A stretch of 59,608 bases of DNA from Tolypothrix carrinoi HA7290-LM1 (GTDB lineage Bacteria > Cyanobacteriota > Cyanobacteriia > Cyanobacteriales > Nostocaceae): positions 1 to 59,608 of the forward strand of contig JAHHIK010000045.1 of assembly GCA_019358935.1 (NCBI GenBank). The letters run 5' to 3'. Shown piece after piece: positions 1 to 10,134 of this stretch. The notes under the pieces were generated by a model. That model was not told where the DNA came from. It ran no database searches and saw nothing but the letters and a program-made list of their open reading frames with translations. A program made the translations under genes and the position numbers. Position 1 is the stretch's first letter. Each line of letters opens with the position of its first letter.

Positions 1-123
1 TTTTTATCAAGTCATTAAATGACGTGACAAGTGCCTCGACGATTGTTGGGGCTGGGGAGGATATACCCCGATACACAGTAGAAATTAGTACTTGTTACTA
101 GTTTTTACCGGGTTAAATGATAT

Positions 124-979
124 CCGTCGTGCCTTTATGGAATCCTATGGAGCGCGGGTAATAGCTAGTCCCAGTAACGAAACTGAAGCGGGACGCAACA
201 TTCTTAAAGAATATCCTGACAGCAATGGCAGTTTGGGCATTGCTATCAGCGAAGCGGTGGAAGTCGCAGTACAAGATGAGCAAACTAAATATGCTTTAGG
301 TAGTGTGCTGAATCATGTGCTGCTGCATCAGACTGTAATTGGTCTTGAAGCACTAGCACAGTTGGAAATGGCAGGTGATTATCCTGATATTATTGTCGGC
401 TGTACGGGTGGTGGTAGTAACTTCGCTGGCATTGCCTTTCCTTTTATGAGTGCAAAGTTAAAAGGCGATCGCGATATCAAATTTGTGGCAGTCGAATCGG
501 CAGCTTGCCCTACACTAACTAAAGGCAAATATACTTATGACATTGGCGATACCGCACATCTGACTCCTTTAGTGAAGATGCACACTCTCGGTAGCTCGTT
601 TGTTCCCCAAGGCTTCCATGCCGGCGGGTTACGGTATCATGGCATGGCACCGCTTTTAAGTCACGTTGTCGATTTAGGTTTGATTTCGGCAAAAGCTTAT
701 GGACAACTTGACTGTTTTGCAGCTGGTCTTACCTTTGCCCGCGCTGAAGGGATTTTACCTGCTCCTGAAGCCAATCATGCAGTGAAGGGTGCGATTGATG
801 AGGCATTGCGTTGCAAAGAAGAAGGTGCTAGCAAGACCATTTTATTTAACTTATGCGGTCACGGTCACTTTGATATGCAGGCTTATATGGATTATCAAGC
901 CGGGTTGTTACGCGATACTGAGTATAGCAGCGATGAAATAGCAATGGCGCTGGCTGGGTTGCCTGTAATTAGTCAATAA
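124..979 (+). pseudogene. trpB2: TrpB-like (TrpB2) PLP-dependent enzyme, 3' part only; 5' part truncated or interrupted near nt 124
   Basis: Motifs RRAFMESYGA, GSLGIAISEA, GGGSNF, HAGGLRYHG, PAPE and NLCGHG. Similarity starts abruptly at about nt 124, and nt 1-123 do not read as the expected upstream TrpB2 sequence. Confidence 0.8.
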
Positions 980-1055
980 CTATTGCGTGCCAAAGGCAGC
1001 AGCGCACTCGTGCTTCATCACACCCAAAGATGCACTGTGACAAAATCTCTACAAT

Positions 1056-1165
1056 AGACCTCTTGCAAAAGTCCTAATTTTCGGGTTCTTCTTTGCGTCT
1101 TTGCGCCTTTGCGTGAGCTTTTCACACTATATTCAACAACGCCAAAATATTTATGCAAGAAGTCT
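1056..1165. mobile_element. 110-bp MITE with IS5/IS702-like ends
   Basis: TIR AGACCTCTTGCA...TGCAAGAAGTCT, flanked on both sides by AAT (1053-1055, 1166-1168). Confidence 0.8.
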
Positions 1166-1192
1166 AATCGTGCGATCGCCATCACCTAGATT

Positions 1193-1732
1193 TTAAATTG
1201 CTAAACGCAAGCAACAACACTTTTGCAGAAACCCAGATGCTTTTTGTTCAGCATCTGGATTATCAATATGTGTTGGTGTCGGGCGAATAATGCCGCCAAA
1301 TAAGTCATCTAAGCCGTAAGGGGTGAAAAATTGCCATTTTCCTTCTACATCTAGCTTCACGCCTACAGCAGTGGCTGTGTGGAGCCAATTTGCAATGCCA
1401 TCTTCAGCGCTGGTGTAGGTTTGGCGACCATCACGCCAACGAGCGAAACTAGCTTGATTTTTGACATCAAATTTGTAGTCAGGAAATTGATTTGTCAAAA
1501 TTGTTTTTGCTGCTAATTCTTGAGAACGATTTCCTTGTTCATCAAAAAACGCAATATCAAAGTCATTAATAACTAACTTACATTCTTTGCCAAATATATA
1601 ACGCCAAACAGTATTTCGCACCGCACCCCCTGCTAACCACCAGTTGGGCAGATTGATTTGCGCGATCGCCGGCAGTACCATACCAACAGGCGAATCAGCC
1701 AAAATTATCTGTAAGCGTGTGTTAGCGTTCAT
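1193..1732 (-). CDS. Nucleotidyltransferase family protein (NTP_transf_6/DUF925-like)
   Basis: WLAGGAVRNTVW, DFDIAFFD, DVKNQA and PYGLDDLF motifs. Confidence 0.85.
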   Translation of the reverse strand: MNANTRLQIILADSPVGMVLPAIAQINLPNWWLAGGAVRNTVWRYIFGKECKLVINDFDIAFFDEQGNRSQELAAKTILTNQFPDYKFDVKNQASFARWRDGRQTYTSAEDGIANWLHTATAVGVKLDVEGKWQFFTPYGLDDLFGGIIRPTPTHIDNPDAEQKASGFLQKCCCLRLAI

Positions 1733-1810
1733 TGTTAAATTTATGTAAATGTAGTAAGCGCTACCCTGCGGGAAAGCTTCGCTAACAGCGCTTAAAGCGC
1801 TAACTACAAG

Positions 1811-1876
1811 TTAACCAGGCAATTTTACTTGGCTAGGACTGACAACAACTTCTTCGGGGGCTAAAAATTCCCTAAT
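1811..1876 (-). repeat. Diverged duplicate of the last 66 nt of the ABC1 kinase gene
   Basis: 55/66 nt identical to 1904-1969; reads IREFLAPEEVVVSPSQVKLPG*. Confidence 0.9.
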
Positions 1877-1903
1877 ATAAAGCGCTTCAGCGCTTACTAC
1901 ATG

Positions 1904-3898
1904 TTAAGCAGGTAGTTTTGGTTGACTGGGATTCACAACAACTTCTTCCGGGGCTAAAAATTCCCGAATCAGTCTTGCTATGGCTTTTTGTACTAAGAGA
2001 CTGCTAACTTGCTGACCCAATCGCTGCACACCTGGATTTACTACCAACTGTGCAAGTTGGGGAACAAGCTGTTTTGCATCAAAACCACGGGTTTCTTGGA
2101 GAATATTAAAAATACGTTTAATATGCTCTAAGGTTTGTTGCTGTTCAATTGATGCTGAGGGAGTTTCGTTAATTGCTGTCAAACCTACTCGTTCCCGCAG
2201 CAAATATGTAAAATTATGCAAAGCGTTTCTACCTAAAGCATCGACTCCTTTGACAATTTCATCTACTACGCGATCGCGAATAAAAGCTCCTCTATCGGAA
2301 GATAGAAACTCTAATGCTTGATTTAAAACCACATTCAAGTCATAATCTTGATTGTTACGAGCATTTTTTAACAGATTTTCCAAACGATTCCAGCGGAATG
2401 TACCTTCTTTAAACAGCAAATCTTGCAAAGATGCTCTTAATTGCGGTGCTGGGTCGGTTAACAAGCGTTTGGAAACGTAAGGATAAGCTTCGCTGAGGAC
2501 TTTGAAGTTCGGGTCAATATAAATCGCAATGCCTTCGAGCGTTACCAATGAACGGATAATTAAAGCGTAGTAAGGTGGAACGCGGAAAGGATACTCATAC
2601 ATCAAAGCTGATAATTCATCGGTGATGCTTTTGATGTTGAGGTCAGCAACGCTAGCACCTTCAGCATCGGCAAATACTCTGGCAAAAGCGGGAATAATTG
2701 GGGTTAAGTCGGTTTCTGGTGATAAGAAATCTAACTTGACGTAATCTTTCGCTAAACCTTCAAAATCGCGGTTGACAACGTGAACGATCGCTTCAATTAA
2801 ACCATATCTTTGCGGCGGCTTAATTTCGCTCATCATCCCAAAATCAAGATAAGCTAGTTTACCATCGGGTGTGGCTAACAAGTTACCTGGGTGCGGGTCA
2901 GCGTGGAAAAATCCATGCTCTAACAATTGTCGCAAAGAACACTGCACGCCCACTTCAATTAAATAACGTGCATCGATACCTTGGGCGCGAATTTCTGCTG
3001 TATTCGTTAATTTTGTGCCGTTAATCCACTCCATCGTCAAAACGCGACGGTTCGTATATTCCCAGTAAATATTCGGCACATAAACGTCTTTCATGTGACC
3101 GTATAATTGAAAAAATCGCTCCGCGTTTTGTCCTTCGTGGATGTAGTCCATCTCTTCAAAGATGCGATCGCCTAATTCATCCAAAATCCCTACAAGGTCA
3201 CTTCGCACTCTTTTAAAGGTTCTCTTTGCCCACCCCGCAAGGCGACGTAAAATATACAAGTCAATTGTTATACCCTCGCGTAAGTCGGGACGCTGCACTT
3301 TAACAGCGACTTCCTCACCAGTACTTTTCAACTTAGCTTTGTAAACTTGTCCCAAAGAAGCTGCGGCAATTGGCTGGGGGGATAGTTCCGAGTAAATATC
3401 TTCTGGAAGCGCACCTAATTCTTCTTCAATAAATTGATAGGCAATTTCATTGGGAAAAGCCGGTAACTGGTCTTGTAACCGAGTTAATTCTTCTAAGTAT
3501 ACAGGGGGAACTAAATCCGGTCTGGTAGATAAAGCTTGCCCAATTTTAATATAAGCAGGTCCCAATCGTGTCAGCAGTTGTCGCAACACAACCGCACGAC
3601 GTTGGTCATTTTTGACGACAACTCCCCGTTTGCTGTCCAACCACAAGCCAAAAGCAAAGGATAAAGTCGGTGTCAAAATTGTGATAATACGCCGCAAAAC
3701 TTGCAGCGGTCGTCTTTTATAATACGCGGCGAGGGCGATCGGTTCGTAACGCAATTCCGGTTTGTGTTCGGGTGCGATCGCTATTTGAGATACGCTTGGT
3801 GTCACTACAGGAACTAGCGCACTATTCTCTGACACCACTTCAACATCAATTGGTTGGTCAGTTGGGGAAATTGTCTTAGCACTCATGAAGTTAGCCAC
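1904..3898 (-). CDS. AarF/ABC1/UbiB family atypical kinase
   Basis: LGPAYIKIGQALSTRPD, PIAAASLGQVY, VAVKVQRP, HADPHPGN and DFGMM. Start may be 3886. Confidence 0.95.
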   Translation of the reverse strand: MANFMSAKTISPTDQPIDVEVVSENSALVPVVTPSVSQIAIAPEHKPELRYEPIALAAYYKRRPLQVLRRIITILTPTLSFAFGLWLDSKRGVVVKNDQRRAVVLRQLLTRLGPAYIKIGQALSTRPDLVPPVYLEELTRLQDQLPAFPNEIAYQFIEEELGALPEDIYSELSPQPIAAASLGQVYKAKLKSTGEEVAVKVQRPDLREGITIDLYILRRLAGWAKRTFKRVRSDLVGILDELGDRIFEEMDYIHEGQNAERFFQLYGHMKDVYVPNIYWEYTNRRVLTMEWINGTKLTNTAEIRAQGIDARYLIEVGVQCSLRQLLEHGFFHADPHPGNLLATPDGKLAYLDFGMMSEIKPPQRYGLIEAIVHVVNRDFEGLAKDYVKLDFLSPETDLTPIIPAFARVFADAEGASVADLNIKSITDELSALMYEYPFRVPPYYALIIRSLVTLEGIAIYIDPNFKVLSEAYPYVSKRLLTDPAPQLRASLQDLLFKEGTFRWNRLENLLKNARNNQDYDLNVVLNQALEFLSSDRGAFIRDRVVDEIVKGVDALGRNALHNFTYLLRERVGLTAINETPSASIEQQQTLEHIKRIFNILQETRGFDAKQLVPQLAQLVVNPGVQRLGQQVSSLLVQKAIARLIREFLAPEEVVVNPSQPKLPA

Positions 3899-3962
3899 TG
3901 CGTCGATACGTCCACGTTAAGTATTGTAACAATTTATTACAGGCGAGCATTGGGGAAATAGG

Positions 3963-4085
3963 CACCCTCAGGCTGGAAGCCGCTGGCTCTACGATCAAAG
4001 CCCGCCTGCGCGGGCTTCAAAACCCTTGATTTTTGTAGTCCACGCAGGTGGACTTAGTTCGTTTAGCCGCACCCTTCTAGGGTGA
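3963..4085 (-). repeat. Multi-hairpin REP-like dispersed element (family A, copy 1)
   Basis: Hairpins AGCCCGCCTGCGCGGGCT, AGTCCACGCAGGTGGACT and CACCCTTCTAGGGTG; same architecture as 18714-18823 and 28432-28543. Confidence 0.75.
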
Positions 4086-4281
4086 CGGCGATGTGGTGCA
4101 AGAGGAGTGACTTTTATTTACTTCGTCCATCAACATCAAAGTCAAATTAAACTAAGTAGTGGGCACAAATAAACGTAACTTGCTTTTCCCCCATTCCCCA
4201 TGCCCAATGCCCAATGCCCTTCTATTTAGTGTCTCTTAATTTAAAAAATCCGGCGTCTGCCTTAACGGAGAAATTGGTTTC

Positions 4282-6060
4282 ATGTTACTCTGTCTGAGAA
4301 TAGAAAATTTTGCCTTGGTTGACCAATTAGAATTAGACTTTGGCGCTGGACTAAATGTATTAACAGGTGAAACTGGCGCGGGAAAGTCGATTATCCTGGA
4401 TGCGATTGATGCGGCTTTGGGTGGTAAGGTCTCTAGCAGGCTGATTCGCACTGGTACAAGTCGAGCGATGGTAGAAGCTACTTTTACGTCTAATTCTGCT
4501 TTTGCTGCTTGGTTGAGCGAACAAGAAATTGATTCAATAGATGATAACTGTGTAGTTATTAGCCGAGAAATCACCGCGACATCAGGAAATATCCGCAGTC
4601 GATCGCGTGTAAATGGAGTTTTGGTAAATCGACAATTAATGACGGGGTTACGCGATCGCTTGGTGGAAATCACCGCTCAAGGTCAAACTGTACAAGTAGG
4701 ACAATCTGCTCAAGTGCGTGACTGGTTGGATCTTTACGGTGGAGAAAAGTTGATGCAACAGCGTCAAGTTGTGACAACCGCTTTTTCAGCTTACCAAATC
4801 GCGCATCAGCAAACCGAAAAACGCCGCACTTCCGAACGGGAACGTTTGCAACAATTCGATTTACTAACTTATCAAGTTCAAGAATTGGGAACGGCAAATT
4901 TGTGCGAACCTGATGAATTGGAACAATTAGAACAAGAACAGCAGCGCTTGAATCATGTAGTTGATTTGCAACAAATGAGCTACAAAGTTTATCAAGCGTT
5001 GTACCAAAATGATAATGAAGCTTTAACTGTTGGCGATTTACTCGCAGACAGCGAAGCCGCATTAAATCATATGGTAGAATACGATTCGCAGTTACAATCG
5101 CTGTTAGATTTGGTGAGAGATGCTCAAACTGCGGTGGTAGAAGTAGCGCGACAAATTAACGCTTATGGTGAAGGATTGGAAGCTGATCCGCAACGATTGG
5201 AGGAAGCAGAAGAGCGAATTCGCGAACTCAAGCAAATTTGCCGCAAATATGGACCGACACTAACCGAAGCGATCGCTTACTATCAGCGCATCCAATCAGA
5301 ATTAGCCGAACTTAACGACAGCGAACAATCCATAGAAGCTTTAGAACAGCAAGAAAAAGTTTGTTTAGAAAAGCTGACTCAAGTTTCTGGGCAATTAACT
5401 GAATTACGTCGCACAGCAGCAGCAGCTTTAGAATTACGATTGCTAAATGAACTCAAACCTTTAGCGATGGAAAAGGTAAAATTTAAAGTTCAGATAGTGC
5501 TGACTGCTCCCACCGCAGTTGGTGCTGATAAAATTACTTTTATGTTTAGTCCGAATCCGGGAGAACCGCTGCAACCTTTAACCGAAATTGCTTCCGGTGG
5601 AGAAATGAGCCGATTTTTATTAGCGTTGAAATCTTGTTTTTCTCTAGCTGATAGTGCGGGAACAATGGTATTTGATGAAATCGATGTTGGTGTTTCTGGC
5701 AGAGTAGCACAAGCGATCGCCGAAAAATTACATCAACTCAGTCACCATCAGCAAGTATTGTGTGTTACCCACCAACCCTTAGTAGCAGCAATGGCAGATC
5801 GTCATTTCCGCGTAGATAAGCAAACCATCAATAATAACGGTAACGATCAAGTGCGTACAGTTGTGCGCGTCACCAGCCTAGATAATATTACCACCCGCCG
5901 CGATGAACTCGCCCAATTAGCCGGAGGTAAATCAGCAAATGAAGCGATCGCTTTTGCCCAATCTCTATTATTACAAGCTGCCAACCACCGACGAAGAGGA
6001 GGGGGGGAGGGGGAAAGGGGGGGAGGGGGACAAGGGGGACAAGGGGGACAAGGGGGATAA
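4282..6060 (+). CDS. recN: DNA repair protein RecN
   Basis: Walker A GETGAGKS, signature ASGGE, FDEIDVGVSG and CVTHQP. The C-terminal tail runs into an STRR repeat. Confidence 0.97.
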   Translation: MLLCLRIENFALVDQLELDFGAGLNVLTGETGAGKSIILDAIDAALGGKVSSRLIRTGTSRAMVEATFTSNSAFAAWLSEQEIDSIDDNCVVISREITATSGNIRSRSRVNGVLVNRQLMTGLRDRLVEITAQGQTVQVGQSAQVRDWLDLYGGEKLMQQRQVVTTAFSAYQIAHQQTEKRRTSERERLQQFDLLTYQVQELGTANLCEPDELEQLEQEQQRLNHVVDLQQMSYKVYQALYQNDNEALTVGDLLADSEAALNHMVEYDSQLQSLLDLVRDAQTAVVEVARQINAYGEGLEADPQRLEEAEERIRELKQICRKYGPTLTEAIAYYQRIQSELAELNDSEQSIEALEQQEKVCLEKLTQVSGQLTELRRTAAAALELRLLNELKPLAMEKVKFKVQIVLTAPTAVGADKITFMFSPNPGEPLQPLTEIASGGEMSRFLLALKSCFSLADSAGTMVFDEIDVGVSGRVAQAIAEKLHQLSHHQQVLCVTHQPLVAAMADRHFRVDKQTINNNGNDQVRTVVRVTSLDNITTRRDELAQLAGGKSANEAIAFAQSLLLQAANHRRRGGGEGERGGGGQGGQGGQGG

Positions 6061-6145
6061 GAGGACAAGGGGTGATTTTTAACTTTTAACTTCTAACTTC
6101 CTAACTCCTAACTCCTACTCCTAACTCCTAACTCCTAACTCCTGA
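6000..6145. repeat. STRR heptamer repeats (GGGGACA-type and TAACTCC-type)
   Basis: Tandem 7-mers between the convergent recN and kinase genes. Confidence 0.85.
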
Positions 6146-6156
6146 CTTTTGCTGTA

Positions 6157-8244
6157 TTAAAAATTAGGAATAATCGGAAGCTTAGATTTCTCCGCTTGCA
6201 ATATACTTAGAGTTACATTACGAGCATCTATAGCTTCCTTGTAATCTGGCTTAAACTTAATCGCTTGTTCATATGAAGCGATCGCATCTTGATATCGTTT
6301 CAAATTATATAACGCATTGCCTCGACTATACCAAGTTTCGTAAGAATCTGCTTTGTAACGAACTGCCTTATTATAAGATGCGATCGCTTCTTGGTATTTC
6401 TTTAAATTAAATAGCGAATTTCCCAGATTGTACCAAGCTTGATAATCGTTGCGTTTAATTTCTATCGCTTTATTATAAGATGTAACAGCATCATCATAAC
6501 GTTGCATTTTATGCAGTGCCCAACCGCGATTAAACCATGCTTGATAGCTGTTGCGATTGTATTTAATTACTTGGTTGAAAGATTCAATTGCTTCTAGATA
6601 GCGTTGCAAATTAATCAGCATATTGCCTCTAGACAACCAAGCTTGGTAATAATTCTCTTTATGTTGTACAGCTTTATCATAAGCTGTAAACGCTTCTTGA
6701 TAGCGTTGTAAATTAACTAGGGCATTGCCGCGATTATACCAAGCTAGCGAATAGTCTGGTTTGAATTCTACAGCTTTGTCAAATGCAGTAATTGCTTCTT
6801 CATATCGTTTTAAATTTTGCAACGCCAAACCTTTATGATACCAAGCTTCGTAATAATCTGCTTTTAATTCAATCGCTTTATCATAAGCTTTAATAGCGTT
6901 GTCGTATTGTGTTAAATTACTTAAAGCCTCACCTTTAGCATTCCAGATATGTGAGTGATTGTTTTCTAATTGTAAAGCTTTATCAAAAGAAGCGATCGCC
7001 TCACTATAACGCTGCAACTTATCCAAAACAAAGCCTCGTCCACTCCAAGCATCCAAATAATCAGGTTTAATTTGAATTGCCTTATCGTATGCTGTCAAAG
7101 CTTCTTTATATTGCTTTAACTCATACAGAGTTTTACCTTGACCATTCCAACCTTGAGCATATTTTGGTTTAATATCAACTGCTTGTTCATACACAGATAA
7201 AGCATCTTGATAGCGTTGCAAATCATAAAGCGTATTTGCTTGATTATACAACTCAATCGCATTCTGGGAATTAATTTTATGAACAATCGCTAAAGAAGCT
7301 CCAATACTTACCCCGATGAAACTTAACGCGATTAAAGATTTTATAAATATACCTTTTTGTTTTTGCTTTTTGCTTATTTTATTTTTTATCGGAGAAAAAG
7401 CTAATGTAACTGTTTTAGATTGTGGCTTATTTAAATCTTTGAGTGTTTGTAATGCTAAAGTTGCCGAAGCATAGCGTTGTCGAAAGTCATAACGCACCAT
7501 TTTATCGATAAAATTTGCTAAATCGGGAATTACCGAAATATGATTTTGCCAGATAATTTCATTTGTTTCCGCATCTTTTTCAATATGCTCGGATGATAAA
7601 CCTGTGAGTGCTTGAATAGCAATTATCCCCACAGCATAAATATCACTACTATATTTAGGACTACCTTGAGCTTGTTCACCAGGGATATATCCGGGAGTTC
7701 CGATAGCAACAGTAGATTTTGTTTTCAGTTGCGGATTAATTACTTGAGTAGTAATTTCTTTAACTGCTCCAAAGTCAATTAAAATTAACTTATTATCTAG
7801 CTTTCGTCTGAGTATATTTCGCGGATTGACATCGCGATGAATAACCTTTTGTCGATGGACAAACTCTAATATTTCTAATATTTCTTGTAAAAGAGAAATA
7901 ACTTCTGCTTGATTGATTTTTTGTGATGTTAACTCTTGACTAAGGTCATGACCTTCGATAAATTCTTGAACGAGATAAAATTCTTCATTTTCCTCAAAGT
8001 AAGCCAAAAGTTGGGGAATGCGATCGTGTGTACCCAACTTATAGAGAACTTGAGCTTCCGTATCGAATAAACGTCTAGCTGTTTGCAAAGATACCGGGTC
8101 ATTTGACTGAGGTTTGAGTTTCTTGACAACACATTGAGGTAAACCTGGTAATTGAGTATCACAAGCAACAAACGTTTCACCAAAACCACCACCTCCCAAA
8201 TGTTTAATAATTTGGTATCGTCCAACAAGTGTGTTTCCCAGCAT
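6157..8244 (-). CDS. Ser/Thr protein kinase with TM helix and C-terminal TPR repeats
   Basis: LGGGGFG, VVKKL, HRDVNPRN, DFG, GTPGY; about 10 TPR-like 34-aa units. The ORF could start at 8265. Confidence 0.95.
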   Translation of the reverse strand: MLGNTLVGRYQIIKHLGGGGFGETFVACDTQLPGLPQCVVKKLKPQSNDPVSLQTARRLFDTEAQVLYKLGTHDRIPQLLAYFEENEEFYLVQEFIEGHDLSQELTSQKINQAEVISLLQEILEILEFVHRQKVIHRDVNPRNILRRKLDNKLILIDFGAVKEITTQVINPQLKTKSTVAIGTPGYIPGEQAQGSPKYSSDIYAVGIIAIQALTGLSSEHIEKDAETNEIIWQNHISVIPDLANFIDKMVRYDFRQRYASATLALQTLKDLNKPQSKTVTLAFSPIKNKISKKQKQKGIFIKSLIALSFIGVSIGASLAIVHKINSQNAIELYNQANTLYDLQRYQDALSVYEQAVDIKPKYAQGWNGQGKTLYELKQYKEALTAYDKAIQIKPDYLDAWSGRGFVLDKLQRYSEAIASFDKALQLENNHSHIWNAKGEALSNLTQYDNAIKAYDKAIELKADYYEAWYHKGLALQNLKRYEEAITAFDKAVEFKPDYSLAWYNRGNALVNLQRYQEAFTAYDKAVQHKENYYQAWLSRGNMLINLQRYLEAIESFNQVIKYNRNSYQAWFNRGWALHKMQRYDDAVTSYNKAIEIKRNDYQAWYNLGNSLFNLKKYQEAIASYNKAVRYKADSYETWYSRGNALYNLKRYQDAIASYEQAIKFKPDYKEAIDARNVTLSILQAEKSKLPIIPNF

Positions 8245-8444
8245 TTGCCTTGCCATTTCCAGCACGATATTATCACAATTCCAATCTTGCCACAGGCAAA
8301 CCGGATGAAGGGATGGGGAGGAGGGGGGGAGTGGGGGAGTGGGGGAGGGGGAGAGGGGGAGACAAGGGAGACAAGGGGGAGGGGGGAGAAATATTAATCT
8401 TAAATCTTAAATCTTAAATCCAAAATCCAAAATCCAAAATCCAG

Positions 8445-9146
8445 ATGATTCCTATTAGTGATAACATTTATACGCGCAGAAAGCCGATTGTTAATTACTG
8501 GCTAATTGGCATTAACATCGCTCTATTCTTATGGGAATTAAAATTAGAACTGACTGGGGAATTGAGCTACTTTATCAGCAATTTAGGCGTGATTCCGGCA
8601 CAAATTAGTGAGGCGGCTACACAAGCATTAAATGGCAATCCAGCAGCTTGGATAGTAGTAGTGATGCGTTCCACTTCACTGCTATTAAGTATGTTTCTAC
8701 ACGGCAGTTTTAGTCAAATATTAGGCAATTTACTATTTTTGTGGGTTTTTGGGAAGACGGTAGAAAACATTTTCGGGGCTAGACGCTATTTAGGATTTTA
8801 CTTGGCTTCTGGGATATTGACTGGGGTGATACAAATTATCGCCCAACCGAGTTTGAGCGTATCATTGATTGGGGCAAATGGTGCGATCGCATCCGTTTTA
8901 GGCGCATATCTGGTAAAATTTCCCAAAGCGAAAATCGACTCAGTTTTACCGCTGCTGATTGTGTATATCCCCGTTCAAATACCAGCATTTTTTTATCTAT
9001 TTTGGTGGTTTGCCCAACAACTTTTTTACGGCATCGGTAGTTTAAACATTCCCACCAGCATTAATCAACCTAGCATTGCTTATTGGATGCATGGCGTAGG
9101 ATTCTTGATTGGTGCAACTTACATGCGAATACTACAACGACGTTAA
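8445..9146 (+). CDS. Rhomboid family intramembrane protein (catalytic Ser replaced by Asn)
   Basis: MIPISDN start, SMFLHG...GNLLFLWVFG, GANGAIA (canonical GASGA) and AYWMHG. Confidence 0.9.
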   Translation: MIPISDNIYTRRKPIVNYWLIGINIALFLWELKLELTGELSYFISNLGVIPAQISEAATQALNGNPAAWIVVVMRSTSLLLSMFLHGSFSQILGNLLFLWVFGKTVENIFGARRYLGFYLASGILTGVIQIIAQPSLSVSLIGANGAIASVLGAYLVKFPKAKIDSVLPLLIVYIPVQIPAFFYLFWWFAQQLFYGIGSLNIPTSINQPSIAYWMHGVGFLIGATYMRILQRR

Positions 9147-9165
9147 TATAAAGTCATAAATTTAC

Positions 9166-10029
9166 ATGCCAAGCTCAACAGCCATGTCAGAAATTATCTT
9201 AGCTGAATCTAGCGTGGCACTGCCCCCAACGCAAGCAGAACTCAAAAGCGACGACGGTATCCCGATGGAAACTCAACGGCACAAAGTCCAAATGGACATG
9301 CTTATTGATACCTTATTTCCTTGGTTAGCGAGTCGCGATGATGGTTATGTGGGGGGCAATATGTTTGTCTACTACAGCTTGGCACAAGTCAAAAACCAAG
9401 ATTTCCGAGGACCCGATTTCTTTGTAGTGTTGGGAGTACCCAAAAAAGAACGTCTTTGTTGGGTTGTCTGGGAAGAAGGAAAAGGACCTGATGTAGTAAT
9501 TGAGTTGTTATCTGACAGCACCGCTACTCAAGACAAAAATGAGAAAAAGCTAATTTATCAAAATTTGTTACGTGTCTCTGAATATTTTTGGTTTGACCCC
9601 TTCAATGCTGATGATTGTGCCGGATTTTTTCTCAATCGCGGAGTTTATCAAGCCATTCCAGCAAATGCCCAAAATCAGCTTGTGAGTCAATCATTAGGTT
9701 TAGCGTTGGTGCGCTGGCAAGGTATATATAAAGGCATTGATGCCACTTGGTTACGCTGGGCAACAATGGAAGGACAATTGCTGCCAAATGCCGAGGAAAT
9801 AGCCGACTTAGAACATCAACGTGCCGAACAAGAACGTCAACGTGCCGAACAAGAACGTCAACGCGCCGAACAAGAACACCAACGTGCCGAACAAGAACAC
9901 CAACGTGCCGAACAAGCAGAATCGCAAATAAGGCAGATAGCTGTGAATTTGTTGCAGCAAAAAATGGGGATAGAACAGGTAGCCCAGTTAACGGGTTTGT
10001 CGGAATCTGAAGTTGAACAACTCGGATGA
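9166..10029 (+). CDS. Uma2 family endonuclease-fold protein with EQERQRA heptad tail
   Basis: GGNMFVYY, GPDFFVV, PDVVIELLS and EYFWFDP; 21-nt coding repeats at about 9815-9915. Confidence 0.93.
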   Translation: MPSSTAMSEIILAESSVALPPTQAELKSDDGIPMETQRHKVQMDMLIDTLFPWLASRDDGYVGGNMFVYYSLAQVKNQDFRGPDFFVVLGVPKKERLCWVVWEEGKGPDVVIELLSDSTATQDKNEKKLIYQNLLRVSEYFWFDPFNADDCAGFFLNRGVYQAIPANAQNQLVSQSLGLALVRWQGIYKGIDATWLRWATMEGQLLPNAEEIADLEHQRAEQERQRAEQERQRAEQEHQRAEQEHQRAEQAESQIRQIAVNLLQQKMGIEQVAQLTGLSESEVEQLG

Positions 10030-10134
10030 GACAATACTTATATCATGTCCGGGAAATCACACATATTAGACCTCTGGCAAAATCCTTTTATGGTATAATA
10101 CTAGGGCGCTTTGTAGCTTGAGTCAATCTACCGC

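Noticed and set aside
1..124. Group II intron 3' end interrupting trpB2
   Set aside because: The junction could end in AT, but no recognisable domain V or domain VI was found upstream.
3926..3940. NtcA-like GTA...TAC sites (also 40008-40020)
   Set aside because: Spacing is 9 or 7 nt, not the required GTA-N8-TAC.
4236..5062. Antisense ORFs inside recN (and similar shadows within aar, folE, the kinases and the ClC gene)
   Set aside because: They overlap well-supported genes and show no family motifs.
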